Source: Nannocystis bainbridge (lineage in GTDB: Bacteria; Myxococcota_A; Polyangia; Nannocystales; Nannocystaceae). Taken from it: a DNA stretch of 64,000 nt. The position numbers were made by a program, and so were the translations under genes. The notes below the pieces were generated by a model, which worked only from the letters and a program-made list of their open reading frames with translations, did no database searches and was not told the origin of the DNA. Position 1 is the stretch's first letter. Each line of letters starts with the position of its first letter. This document shows positions 39,376 through 48,459 of the stretch, piece after piece. The stretch is from assembly GCF_028368995.1 (NCBI RefSeq), contig NZ_JAQNDL010000001.1, forward strand, positions 2,848,001 through 2,912,000, in the 5' to 3' direction.

Positions 39376-40098
39376 TTACGCCTTCTTCGCCTGCGCCTTG
39401 GCGGCCAGGAACGCGCCGATGCGGGCGCGCAGGGCCGGGTCGGACCAGTGGGGCAGCAGCGCCTCGCGTTCGGCGCGGCGCTGGGCCTGGCTCATGTCGA
39501 GCACCCCGCTGCGGAGGGCGCGCTTCGCCGCCGAGTAGGCGGTCGCGGGGTGGCCGGCGAGCTCGCTTAGGCGCTGGCGGGCGACCGCCTCGGCCGCGGC
39601 GGCCACCTCGTCGACCAGGCCGACGCGCAGCGCCTCCTCCGGCCCGTACAGGCGGGCGCCGAGGATCACCTCGTCGAGCGCCTGCGGATTGACCCGTTTG
39701 CGCGCCAGCGCCAGCGCGGCGCCCGGGAAATGCAGCCCCAGCGCGACCTCGTTGAGGCCGATCTTCAGCCGCGGGTCGGCCGCGCACACACGGTGGTCGC
39801 AGCACATCGCCACCAGGCAGCCGCCTGCGATCGCGTGGCCGCCGACCAGCGCGACCGTCGGGCCCGGGTAGTTGTAGAGCTCGAGCAGCAGGTCCTCGAG
39901 GACCGCCAGGAATTCGTCGAGCCCGGCCGCGTCGAGGGTCGCGAGCTCGAAGAAATTGAGGCCGGCGGAGAACGCATCGCCCTCGCCGCGGACCAGCACC
40001 GGCTGGCCCTCGGCCCGCGCCAGCTGGCCGCGAAGCGACTGCATCAGCGCCGAGCTCAGCGCGTTCTTCCCCGGACCCGAAAGGACGACATCGATCAT
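39376..40098 (-). CDS. Enoyl-CoA hydratase/isomerase
   Basis: KNALS, AFSAGLN, GHAIAGGC, IGLNEVALGL, ALRVGLVD. Confidence 0.92.
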   Translation of the reverse strand: MIDVVLSGPGKNALSSALMQSLRGQLARAEGQPVLVRGEGDAFSAGLNFFELATLDAAGLDEFLAVLEDLLLELYNYPGPTVALVGGHAIAGGCLVAMCCDHRVCAADPRLKIGLNEVALGLHFPGAALALARKRVNPQALDEVILGARLYGPEEALRVGLVDEVAAAAEAVARQRLSELAGHPATAYSAAKRALRSGVLDMSQAQRRAEREALLPHWSDPALRARIGAFLAAKAQAKKA

Positions 40099-40133
40099 CG
40101 CCCTGATTTTACCGCGTCGGACCGGCGCGCGGC

Positions 40134-41270
40134 TCAGCGGAACAGCGAGAGGATCTTGTCCCACCAGCTCCGGGCGCCCGCGGCCTTCGCGGCGAGCCCC
40201 GCGTCGTCGTCCGCGCTCTGCCCGGTCGGGGCCTCCGGGCCGCTCGTATCGCTGTCGGCGCCGTCGGGCCAATCGGCCAGCAGCTCCTCGAGCGTCTCGA
40301 CCAGGGACGTGTAGTCCTGGATCTCCGACTGCAGGTAGATCCGCTCCGGCACGTTCTTGTTCTGGATCGGCGCAAAAGCGGCCTGCACCGTCGCCAGGTG
40401 CTCGCGGCCGCGGAGGAGGCAGCGGGTCACCGCCCCCTTGGCCTCGTCGCCGGTCTGCCCCAGCTCGACCAGGTCGCGCGCCGCGGCCTCGGCCGAGCTC
40501 ACGGTCTCCTTGTCGTGGCGGTCGAGGCAGTCGAGCAGCTGCGGCAGGCAGGCCGCGAGCGCCTGCCTCTGGCGCGCGCGATCGCCTTCGAGCTCGGTCT
40601 GGATCTTCTGCGCCAGCAGGTGCGCCGCGTGCCAGCGCGTGCGCGGCACCGGCGACTGCAGCTCGGCCAGCGCCGACTCGACCGTGTACTCGACCTCGGG
40701 CTCCTCCGCTTGCTCCGAGACCGCGGCCCGGTTGGCGACCATCTGCCCGGCCTGGGCGTTCATCGCCGCGACGTGGGCCGGGTTGTACTTGGCGTACAGC
40801 TGCCCGTACTGGCTCGTGATGCGGTGCATCGTGTCCTGGCTCATCGCCTGGTTCCACGCGTCGCGGCCGGCGTTCCACGCCGCCTCGCTGACGCCGTGGC
40901 GCGCCAGCAGGCCCGCGAAATCGACGCCCGGCTGGGTCGCCTCGGCCGACAGGCGCGCGTACATGTCGAGCGTCAGCCCGCCGCGCGACTCCTGGCTCAT
41001 GTCGGCGACGTCGCCGAAGTGCGCCTGCATCGTCAGCGCGGTCTGGGCTGCGTTGAAGCGGGCCCACAGCTGGCCGCTCTTGTCGGCGTCCATGCGCGAG
41101 TGCCAGCTGTTCCACGCCTGCGCCCAGGCGGCCTCGTCGACGCCCTTGGTGCCGAGGTAGCGCAGGAAGTACGGCTTGAACGCGGGCTCGCCGTGTTGCG
41201 CGCGCAGCTCGTTGTGTTTGCTCATGGTCTCGGCCATGGCTTCGATCGTCAGTCCGTGAATGCTGTCCAT
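40134..41270 (-). CDS. Hypothetical helical protein with an internally duplicated N-terminal domain
   Basis: GLTIE..GVDEAAWAQAWNSW and GLTLD..GVSEAAWNAGRDAW; HEAT-like C-terminus. Confidence 0.75.
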   Translation of the reverse strand: MDSIHGLTIEAMAETMSKHNELRAQHGEPAFKPYFLRYLGTKGVDEAAWAQAWNSWHSRMDADKSGQLWARFNAAQTALTMQAHFGDVADMSQESRGGLTLDMYARLSAEATQPGVDFAGLLARHGVSEAAWNAGRDAWNQAMSQDTMHRITSQYGQLYAKYNPAHVAAMNAQAGQMVANRAAVSEQAEEPEVEYTVESALAELQSPVPRTRWHAAHLLAQKIQTELEGDRARQRQALAACLPQLLDCLDRHDKETVSSAEAAARDLVELGQTGDEAKGAVTRCLLRGREHLATVQAAFAPIQNKNVPERIYLQSEIQDYTSLVETLEELLADWPDGADSDTSGPEAPTGQSADDDAGLAAKAAGARSWWDKILSLFR

Positions 41271-41361
41271 GTGGGGGGCTCCGAGGGCGGGCGGATACCA
41301 CTCGCCACGGCGCCCGCACAAGCCGGCGAAACCGCGCCACCATCCTGTTATCCTCCCGGCC

Positions 41362-42507
41362 ATGCGTCCCGTCCTCGCCCGCCTCGCGGCCCCGCTGACC
41401 CTCCTCGCCCTCGTCGCCTGTCAGAGCGCCGACAAGCCCGCCGACAAGCCCGCCGCCGCCGAGCCCGCGACCGACAAGCCCGCCGCCGACAAGCCCGCCG
41501 AGCCCCCCGCCGAGCCGGCGACGAAGGTCGATCCGAACGTCCCGCTGACCGGCGAGCGCCACTTCAAGTCGCTGCAGCAGCTGACCTTCGGCGGCGAGAA
41601 CGCTGAAGCCTACTTCGCCGGTGACGAGAAGCGGCTGGTGTTTCAGAGCACCCGCGACGGCGCCGGCTGCGACCAGATCTACACCCTCGACCTGGCCGAA
41701 AAGGCGACCCGGCGCGTCAGCTCCGGCAAGGGTCGCACGACCTGCGCCTACTTCCTCCCGGGCGATCAGCGGGTCCTCTACGCCTCGACCCACGCGGCCG
41801 CCGACGACTGCCTGCCCAACCCCGACCGCAGCCGCGGCTACGTGTGGAAGCTGTACCCCGAGTTCGACATCTACACCGCCGCCGTCGACGGCAGCGACAT
41901 CCAGCCGCTCGTCACCGGCCCCGGCTACGACGCCGAGGCCACCGTCTCGCCGACCGGCGACGCGATCGTGTTCACCTCGACCCGCGACGGCGACCCCGAG
42001 CTCTACAAGATCAACGTCGACGGCACCGGCCTGGTGCGCCTCACCAACACCCCTGGCTACGACGGCGGCGCCTTCTTCTCGCCCGACGGCAAGCGCCTCG
42101 TCTACCGCGCCAACCACCCCGAGGGTGACGCCGAGCTCAAGGCCTACGACGACATCATCAAGGAGCACCTGGTCCGCCCGACCCGCCTCGAGATCTTCGT
42201 CATGAACGCCGACGGCAGCGACCAGCGCCAGATCACCAAGAACGGCAAGGCCAACTTCGCCCCGTTCTTCCACCCCGACGGCAAGCGCATCATCTTCAGC
42301 TCCAACCAGGGCGACCCCCGGGGCCGCGACTTCGACCTCTACCTGATCGGCGAGGACGGCCAGGGCCAGGAGCAGGTCACCCACAGCGACACCTTCGACG
42401 GCTTCCCGATGTTCACCCGCGACGGCAAGCACCTGGTGTTCGCCTCCAACCGCGGCGCCAAGAACCCCGGCGACACCGACGTGTTCCTGGCCGAGTGGGT
42501 CGACTAG
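41362..42507 (+). CDS. TolB-like PD40 beta-propeller lipoprotein
   Basis: QLTFGGENAEAYF, YDAEATVSP, FTSTRDGDPELY, YDGGAFFSPDG, FDGFPMF. Confidence 0.92.
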   Translation: MRPVLARLAAPLTLLALVACQSADKPADKPAAAEPATDKPAADKPAEPPAEPATKVDPNVPLTGERHFKSLQQLTFGGENAEAYFAGDEKRLVFQSTRDGAGCDQIYTLDLAEKATRRVSSGKGRTTCAYFLPGDQRVLYASTHAAADDCLPNPDRSRGYVWKLYPEFDIYTAAVDGSDIQPLVTGPGYDAEATVSPTGDAIVFTSTRDGDPELYKINVDGTGLVRLTNTPGYDGGAFFSPDGKRLVYRANHPEGDAELKAYDDIIKEHLVRPTRLEIFVMNADGSDQRQITKNGKANFAPFFHPDGKRIIFSSNQGDPRGRDFDLYLIGEDGQGQEQVTHSDTFDGFPMFTRDGKHLVFASNRGAKNPGDTDVFLAEWVD

Positions 42508-42573
42508 CCGCCTGACCCGAAGGACATGCCCCGAGGGACCTGTCCTAAGGGGCCTGTCCCGAAGGACCTGTCC
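42508..42573. repeat. 14-bp-period decamer array (5 units)
   Basis: ccgcctgacc-cgaa-ggacatgccc-cgag-ggacctgtcc-taag-gggcctgtcc-cgaa-ggacctgtcc. Confidence 0.9.
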
Positions 42574-42841
42574 CCGGAGCCTGCTGGGCCCGGGCCTCGA
42601 GCTCCGCCTGTCGCCGCTCGCGCTTGGCCGCGAACATCCCCTCGAGCGCGACGAAGTAGACCACCAGGTCGAGCGCGACGAACACCGCCACCCCCGCGGC
42701 GATCGCCAGCCCGCGCCCGCGTCCGCGGCGGCGCAGGGCCCGGCCGGCGAACACCGCCGCGGTGACGATGGCCGGCAGGACCAGCAGACCGGCCCAGCCG
42801 AGGTACGCCGCGTCGAGCACCAGCGTCGGCGGCGGAGCCAT
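42545..42841 (-). CDS. Small 2-TM membrane protein
   Basis: Two hydrophobic helices around an Arg-rich loop; the C-terminus and stop fall inside the decamer array. Confidence 0.55.
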   Translation of the reverse strand: MAPPPTLVLDAAYLGWAGLLVLPAIVTAAVFAGRALRRRGRGRGLAIAAGVAVFVALDLVVYFVALEGMFAAKRERRQAELEARAQQAPGTGPSGQAP

Positions 42842-42861
42842 GTCCGCCACCAACGGGCCGC

Positions 42862-43566
42862 TCAAGACTCGGGCTCCGTCAGATACGAGTAGGGCGTCTG
42901 CTTCCACACCGCCGGCCAGGTGGCGGTCACGCTGGGCCGCTCACGCATGCGCCCGCAGAAGGCGTGGAGGTTGGGGTAGCGCAGGCCGAGCTCGAGGCCG
43001 AGGTGCGCCGCCGTGGACACGTAGGCGAACACCGCGAGGTCGGCCAGGCTGATCGCCGAGCCGGCCGCCCAGTGGCCGATGCCGTAGTAGTACTCCCAGA
43101 AGAACAGCTCGTCGTGGAGGAACGACGCCAGGTGATCGACCTCGGCCGGGTCGAGGTCGATCGCCTTGGTGTTCATCAGGTACGAGAACAGCGCCATCCC
43201 GACCTGCTTGAGGTTGTTGGCCTCGTGCAGCCGCGTCAGCGCCAGAGCCCGCAGCGCGTTGGTGTTGGGCAGCAGCGCCGGCTGCGGGTAGGCGTATTCG
43301 AGGTAGTCGAGGATCGCCAGCGTCTCGTAGACGACGATGTTGCCGTCCATCAGCACCGGCACGGTCCCGCGCGGGTTCTTGGCCAGCATCTCCGGGCTCT
43401 TGTGCTCACCGGCCGCGAAGTTCAGCAGCTTGCACTCGTGGTCGAGCCCCTTCTCTTCGAGCGCGAGCCGGACCATCCAACACGGCGGAGAGCACTCGAC
43501 CGCGCGGATCGTGCTGGGGTCCGGCATGTAAAGCCTGATCTCCTCAGACGATTCGGACGAGAACAT
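42862..43566 (-). CDS. Glutathione S-transferase family protein
   Basis: SPPCWMVRLALEEKGL, NPRGTVPVL.DG..YETLAILDYLE, ISLADL. Confidence 0.92.
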   Translation of the reverse strand: MFSSESSEEIRLYMPDPSTIRAVECSPPCWMVRLALEEKGLDHECKLLNFAAGEHKSPEMLAKNPRGTVPVLMDGNIVVYETLAILDYLEYAYPQPALLPNTNALRALALTRLHEANNLKQVGMALFSYLMNTKAIDLDPAEVDHLASFLHDELFFWEYYYGIGHWAAGSAISLADLAVFAYVSTAAHLGLELGLRYPNLHAFCGRMRERPSVTATWPAVWKQTPYSYLTEPES

Positions 43567-43678
43567 GCGTGCGTCTTGATTAACAGATCCGTCCGCCGCG
43601 CGTCAAGCGCACACGCGCTCGACCGGTGAAAGCCGGCCGCAGCGGCCTCTCGCGGGTCTTCGAGTACACTTCTCGGCC

Positions 43679-45031
43679 ATGAACGCCGGGAAAGCCAAGA
43701 AGCGCGTGCTCATCGTCGGCGGTGGGTTCGGCGGCCTGCGCGTCGCTCGCGGGCTCGCGGGCGCCGACGACCTCGAGATCACCCTCCTCGACCGGCGCAA
43801 TCACCACCTGTTCCAGCCGCTCCTGTATCAGGTCGCCATGGCCGGCCTCAGCCCGGCCGAGATCGCCGTCCCGATCCGCACCGTCTTCAGCCGCCAGAGC
43901 AACTGCCGCGTCATCCTCGAGTCCGCCGCCGGCATCGATTTCGCCAACAAGAAGCTCAAGACCACCGGCCTCGGCGACCTCGACTACGACTGGCTGGTGC
44001 TCGCGTGTGGCTCCCGTCACAGCTATTTCGGCCACGGCGAGTGGGAAGACTACGCGCCCGGCCTCAAGTCGCTCGAGGAGGCGACCGAGATCCGCCGCCG
44101 GGTCCTCACCGCGTTCGAGCTGGCCGAAAAAGAGACCGACCCGGCCAAGCAGCGGCGCCTGCTGACGTTCGTGGTCATCGGGGCCGGCCCGACAGGTGTC
44201 GAGCTCGCCGGGGCGCTCGGCGAGATCAGCCGCTTCACCCTGTCCCGCGATTTCCGCCGCATCGACCCCGAGCGCGCCCGCGTGATCCTCATCGAGGCCG
44301 GTCCGCGGATCCTCCCGACCTTCGCCGAGAAGCTGTCCGACAAGGCCACCCGCGACCTCGAGCAGCTCGGCGTCACCGTGTGGACCAACACCATGGTCAC
44401 CAACGTCACCGCCGAGGGCGTCGTGCTCGGCGGCGAGTCGGTGCAGTCCGCCACCGTGCTGTGGGCCGCCGGCGTGGCCCCGTCCGAACTCAACCGCAGC
44501 CTCGGGGTCGAGCTCGACCGCCAGGGCCGCATCATCGTCGACAAGGACTGCAGCATCCCCGGGCACCGCGAAGTGTTCGTCATCGGCGACCAGGCCCACC
44601 TCGAGGAGGAGCCCGGCAAGCCGCCGCTGCCCGGCCTGGCCCCGGTGGCGATCCAGCAGGGCCGCCACGTCGCCCGCAACATCCTGCTCGAGCTCAAGGG
44701 CAAGCCGCGCGAGCCGTTCCGCTACGTCGACAAGGGCCAGATGGCGACGATCGGTCGCCGCCGTGCGATCGCCCAGTTCGCCGGCATGGAGATCGCCGGC
44801 TTCGTCGCCTGGCTGGCCTGGCTGCTGGTCCACGTCTACTACCTGATCGGCTTCAAGAACCGCCTCCAGGTCATGTGGGAGTGGACCTGGTCGTATATTC
44901 GGTTCCGCCGCGGCGCCCGCCTGATCGTCAACAAGGACTGGCGCGCCCCCTTGCAGACGCCGACCAAGCCGGCCGAACAACCGGCCCCGGTCGAGTCGCT
45001 CCCGCCGCCGGCCACCCAGGCCCCCGCGTGA
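43679..45031 (+). CDS. ndh: Type II NADH dehydrogenase
   Basis: IVGGGFGGL, HHLFQPLLYQVA, GAGPTGVELAG, WAAGV, IGD, PGLAPVAIQQG, DKGQMATIGR. Confidence 0.93.
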   Translation: MNAGKAKKRVLIVGGGFGGLRVARGLAGADDLEITLLDRRNHHLFQPLLYQVAMAGLSPAEIAVPIRTVFSRQSNCRVILESAAGIDFANKKLKTTGLGDLDYDWLVLACGSRHSYFGHGEWEDYAPGLKSLEEATEIRRRVLTAFELAEKETDPAKQRRLLTFVVIGAGPTGVELAGALGEISRFTLSRDFRRIDPERARVILIEAGPRILPTFAEKLSDKATRDLEQLGVTVWTNTMVTNVTAEGVVLGGESVQSATVLWAAGVAPSELNRSLGVELDRQGRIIVDKDCSIPGHREVFVIGDQAHLEEEPGKPPLPGLAPVAIQQGRHVARNILLELKGKPREPFRYVDKGQMATIGRRRAIAQFAGMEIAGFVAWLAWLLVHVYYLIGFKNRLQVMWEWTWSYIRFRRGARLIVNKDWRAPLQTPTKPAEQPAPVESLPPPATQAPA

Positions 45032-45203
45032 GCGCGTCACCGCAGCCATGAATCCGAGCGCCGGTGAATTCGAGCTTCTGGACGCCGCGCGGACCCTCGG
45101 GACCCGCGCGGTTTCGCCATGCGCGTCCGCCCGTGCGCACCCCCACGCCGCGGAAGTCCTTTGCAAAAGCGGCCGGACTGCCGTGATCATCGTACCGCCC
45201 GCG

Positions 45204-45944
45204 ATGTCCGCCACGCCCGACGAAGTCCCTCACGACTACGACATGAGCGGCTCGCTGTGGATGCGTCTCGTCGACGCGACCAGCATGTCGGTGTTCTTCT
45301 TCTTCGAGTACCTGCTGGCGCGCGACGTGTACCTGCACCTCGAGGCCGCGCCCGCGGGTCCGGCGGTCTGGCTGCTGCCGGTGGCGCTGCTGCTCGGCTA
45401 CGTCACCGCCGACTTCGTCTCGGGCTTCGTGCATTTTCTCGCCGACAACATCGGCTCGACGCGCACGCCCTTCTTCGGCCCGGTGTTCATCCGCCCGTTC
45501 CGCGAGCACCACATCGACCCGCTGGCGATAACCCGCCACGACTTCCTCGAGGTCAACGGCGCCAACTGCCTGATCAGCCTGCCGATCCTGATCGGCACCT
45601 GGTACTTCGTCCCGATCCACGACGCCGCCTCGCTGTTCTTCGCCGCCTACATCGGCCTGTTCCTGTTCGGCATCTTCCTCACCAACCAGTTCCACAGCTG
45701 GGCCCACAGCCCCCGCCCGCCGGCGTGGATCCGCGGCCTGCAGCGCTCCGGCCTCATCCTCGGCCCCGAGCACCACGCGCGCCACCATACGCCGCCGTTC
45801 AACAGCTACTACTGCATCACCTCCGGCTGGCTCAACCCGATCCTCGCCCGCACCCGCCTGTTCGAGCGCCTCAAGGAGCCGCTCCGCCGCGTGCTCGAGC
45901 CGATCGCCGGCAAGGCCGACGAGGTCGGCGGCGTCCAGGAGTGA
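45204..45944 (+). CDS. carF: CarF/TMEM189-family lipid desaturase (plasmanylethanolamine desaturase-like)
   Basis: ADFVSGFVHF.AD, FREHH.DP.AITRHDFLEVNG, TNQFHSWAH, HHARHH..YYCITSGWLN. Confidence 0.85.
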   Translation: MSATPDEVPHDYDMSGSLWMRLVDATSMSVFFFFEYLLARDVYLHLEAAPAGPAVWLLPVALLLGYVTADFVSGFVHFLADNIGSTRTPFFGPVFIRPFREHHIDPLAITRHDFLEVNGANCLISLPILIGTWYFVPIHDAASLFFAAYIGLFLFGIFLTNQFHSWAHSPRPPAWIRGLQRSGLILGPEHHARHHTPPFNSYYCITSGWLNPILARTRLFERLKEPLRRVLEPIAGKADEVGGVQE

Positions 45945-46012
45945 CCTGTCCGCGAGGACAGGTCACATGTCTCTCGCGCCAGGTCGCACGACCTGGCCGG
46001 AAGGCCAGGCGA
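45942..46012. repeat. Decamer pairs between convergent stops
   Basis: tgacctgtcc-gcga-ggacaggtca; tcacatgtct-ctcg-cgccaggtcg; cgacctggcc-ggaa-ggccaggcga. Confidence 0.7.
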
Positions 46013-46014
46013 CC

Positions 46015-46215
46015 CTACGTCGGCCGGGTCCACAGCGGCGGCCAGTCGTCGAAGCGCAGCAGCTCGACGCCGTCGATCGCCAGCGCGTAGAGCGGCTCGT
46101 CGGGGAAATCGCCGAGCCGGATCGTCCAGCGCTCGCCGTCGACCTCGGCCACGTACATGGCCGAAGGGTCCTGTCCCTTCGACCAGTCGATGACTCGCCG
46201 CAGCCGCCCGTCCAT
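46015..46215 (-). CDS. 66-aa protein, candidate immunity/partner
   Basis: MDGRLRRVIDW..WTIRLGDFPDEPLYAL..FDDWPPLW; ATG overlaps the upstream TGA (TGATG). Confidence 0.7.
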   Translation of the reverse strand: MDGRLRRVIDWSKGQDPSAMYVAEVDGERWTIRLGDFPDEPLYALAIDGVELLRFDDWPPLWTRPT

Positions 46216-46727
46216 CAGAACCCCAGGCTCTGGTTGACGGCCGCGTCGGTCTTCTGGGCGCTCTCGACGATCGCCAGGTAGGCCGCGTCGCCGGTGAGGC
46301 CCTTGGCCAGGTTGCGCTCCAGCAGCCACTCGAAGCTCGGCCCGTCGGGGTCGCCGTACTTGGCGCGATCGCGCTCCTGCAGGGCCGCCAGCTCGGCCGG
46401 GTCGGACATCATCGCGCGGGCCGTCATGCGGGCGTCGTGGCGGATCTGGTAGGCGCGCCGGGCCTGCTCCTCGGCGGGGATCTGCTCCGCCTGCCACCGC
46501 TCGACCTCGCCGGCGATGGTGGCCACGCGCTCGAGATAGAGCTGCCGCGCCTGGCGATTGGTCCAGCGCGTGCCGGCCTGCTCGAGCCGCTCGGCCTCGG
46601 CGACGTCCTGCGGCCGCGGCAGACCGTCGGGCCAGGCCTCGCTCACCGGGATCTCGCGCGCACAACCTGCGAGCGCCGGGCCGGCCAGGCTCAGCGCGAC
46701 GAGGACGAACCGGAGCCACGAGCGCAC
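46215..46727 (-). CDS. Lipoprotein with a helical domain resembling polymorphic-toxin C-termini
   Basis: Lipobox LAGC; ARQLYL..EEQARRAYQIRHDARMTARAMMSD..KGLTGDAAYLAIVESAQKTDAAVNQSLG. Confidence 0.65.
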   Translation of the reverse strand: MRSWLRFVLVALSLAGPALAGCAREIPVSEAWPDGLPRPQDVAEAERLEQAGTRWTNRQARQLYLERVATIAGEVERWQAEQIPAEEQARRAYQIRHDARMTARAMMSDPAELAALQERDRAKYGDPDGPSFEWLLERNLAKGLTGDAAYLAIVESAQKTDAAVNQSLGF

Positions 46728-46826
46728 GCGGGCAGCATGCCACAGCGCGCCGGCCCCTGTAAGCCGCGGCGGACGCCGGCCGTTCGCAAGCTATCATCGG
46801 CACCCTCGCCGCCTCGTGAGCCCGTG

Positions 46827-47723
46827 ATGCATCGACTCCGACCCCTCCTGGCCGCCGCGTTCCTCCTCTCTTCGTTCGGTTGTTCCATGGCGCCCAGGCG
46901 GGAGACCGCGTCCTCGCCCCCGATGGATGCCTCGTGGGGCGGCGGCGGCGCGATGGCCGACGGCGACGTGGCCGCGCCCGAGATGGCCCCCATGCCCGCC
47001 GAAGCCGACGGGAGCATCGACTTCAAGAGAGACGAGGCGATGACGAAGTCGATCGCCCCGACGACCTCGCTGAGCGCTCCGGCCCCGGCGCGGGGTCCAG
47101 TGGCCGGCCCCCCGGAGCCCAGGCCGGCGAGCACCCCGACCGTCAGCGGCGGTCAGGGCGAGGACAAGGAGAAGGAGCCGCAGAAGCAGTTCGCGCGGCA
47201 GATCGTCTACACCGCCGACATGGCGATCTCGTGCTTCAAGCTCGACGAGGCCATGCAGCGGGCCGAGGCCTTGACGCTCGAGTCCGGCGGCTACGTGCAG
47301 ACCATGTCGCAGGGCTACTTCGTCCTGCGGATCCCCGCCGTCCAGCTGCGCCGCGTCATGGAGGAGCTCGGCAAGCTCGGCGTCGTCGAGGGGCGCAACC
47401 TCCAGGCCCAGGACGTGACCCAGGAGTTCGTCGACCTCACCACGCGGATCCGCGTGCTGCGCGAGACCCAGAGCCAGGTCCTGCTCCTGCTCAAGCAGGC
47501 GCGCAACGTCCAGGAGGCGCTCGACGTCCGCCGCTCGCTCGACGCCATCACCCTCGAGCTCGAGACGGCGCTGGGCCGCCTGCGCCTGCTCGAGAACCAG
47601 ATCGACTTCTCCACCCTCACCGTGCGGATGAGCGAGCGCGGGCCCCAGAACGCGGTCCCGTCGAGCAACGATCCCTTCCCGTGGGTCGACACCCTCGGCG
47701 TCGAGGCCACCGAGTGGAACTGA
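46827..47723 (+). CDS. DUF4349 domain lipoprotein
   Basis: RQIVYTA, GGYV, LRIPA, QDVTQEFVDL..R, IDFSTLTV. Confidence 0.85.
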   Translation: MHRLRPLLAAAFLLSSFGCSMAPRRETASSPPMDASWGGGGAMADGDVAAPEMAPMPAEADGSIDFKRDEAMTKSIAPTTSLSAPAPARGPVAGPPEPRPASTPTVSGGQGEDKEKEPQKQFARQIVYTADMAISCFKLDEAMQRAEALTLESGGYVQTMSQGYFVLRIPAVQLRRVMEELGKLGVVEGRNLQAQDVTQEFVDLTTRIRVLRETQSQVLLLLKQARNVQEALDVRRSLDAITLELETALGRLRLLENQIDFSTLTVRMSERGPQNAVPSSNDPFPWVDTLGVEATEWN

Positions 47724-47728
47724 AGGCC

Positions 47729-48340
47729 ATGTCCAAAAATACCTGTCTCTTCGCACTCGTCATCGCCGCGACCGCGCTGCTGTCCGGCTGCAAGAAGTAC
47801 GCGATCGAGCCGCCGGTCGGCTTCGTCGAGGTCAGCAGCAACTCGTACGAGACGCGCATGAAGGCCCAGGACGACGTCGGCCTGCGCGTCCACCGGTTCG
47901 CCAACGTGCGCGGCGGCTCGCTCGGTTACTGGGCCGCCGACCTCGTCACCAAGCTCGGCAAGCGCGGCTACGTGCTCACCGGCCAACAGCCGGCCCGCAG
48001 CAAGAACGGCCGCGAGGGCACCCGCTTCGACTTCGACTACGCGATCCCCGGCAGCGACGAGCCCAAGTTCTACACCGTCGTCCTGTTCGTCACCGACGAT
48101 TACAAGTTCACGCTCGAGCTGGCCGGCGACCGCCAGCACGCCGCGACCCATCGCGCGCGCATCGCCGAGATCGCCGGCGAGCTCAAGATCCGCGGCTGCA
48201 AGCCGGCCTCGAAGATCTGCCGCAGCCCCCAGCCGCCGAAGCTGAGCTCCCCGCCGCCCGACCCGCTGCCCGGCCTGCCCGAGCCCGTCGTGCCCACGAC
48301 CCAGCCCGCCGGCCCGCCTGCCCCTCCGCAGGGCCCGTGA
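47729..48340 (+). CDS. Hypothetical lipoprotein
   Basis: MSKNTCLFALVIAATALLSGC; the start ATG lies within a decamer (ggccATGtcc). Confidence 0.75.
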   Translation: MSKNTCLFALVIAATALLSGCKKYAIEPPVGFVEVSSNSYETRMKAQDDVGLRVHRFANVRGGSLGYWAADLVTKLGKRGYVLTGQQPARSKNGREGTRFDFDYAIPGSDEPKFYTVVLFVTDDYKFTLELAGDRQHAATHRARIAEIAGELKIRGCKPASKICRSPQPPKLSSPPPDPLPGLPEPVVPTTQPAGPPAPPQGP

Positions 48341-48459
48341 TTTCACCGCCTCGCACTCGCCTCGCTTTCGCGGTCGCAATGCGCTCGCGGCCATCGGCCT
48401 CGCGCGCATGAAGGTCCGTCCTTGACGTCCTCCCCCGCGGCGGGCCACCAATAGCCTGC

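Noticed and set aside
39376-42432. 1018-aa minus-strand ORF and similar long ORFs (12528-15149, 25709-28015, 59781-62672)
   Set aside because: These are shadow ORFs of high-GC DNA lying antisense or out of frame to recognisable genes. Only 39376-40098 (crotonase) is real within the first.
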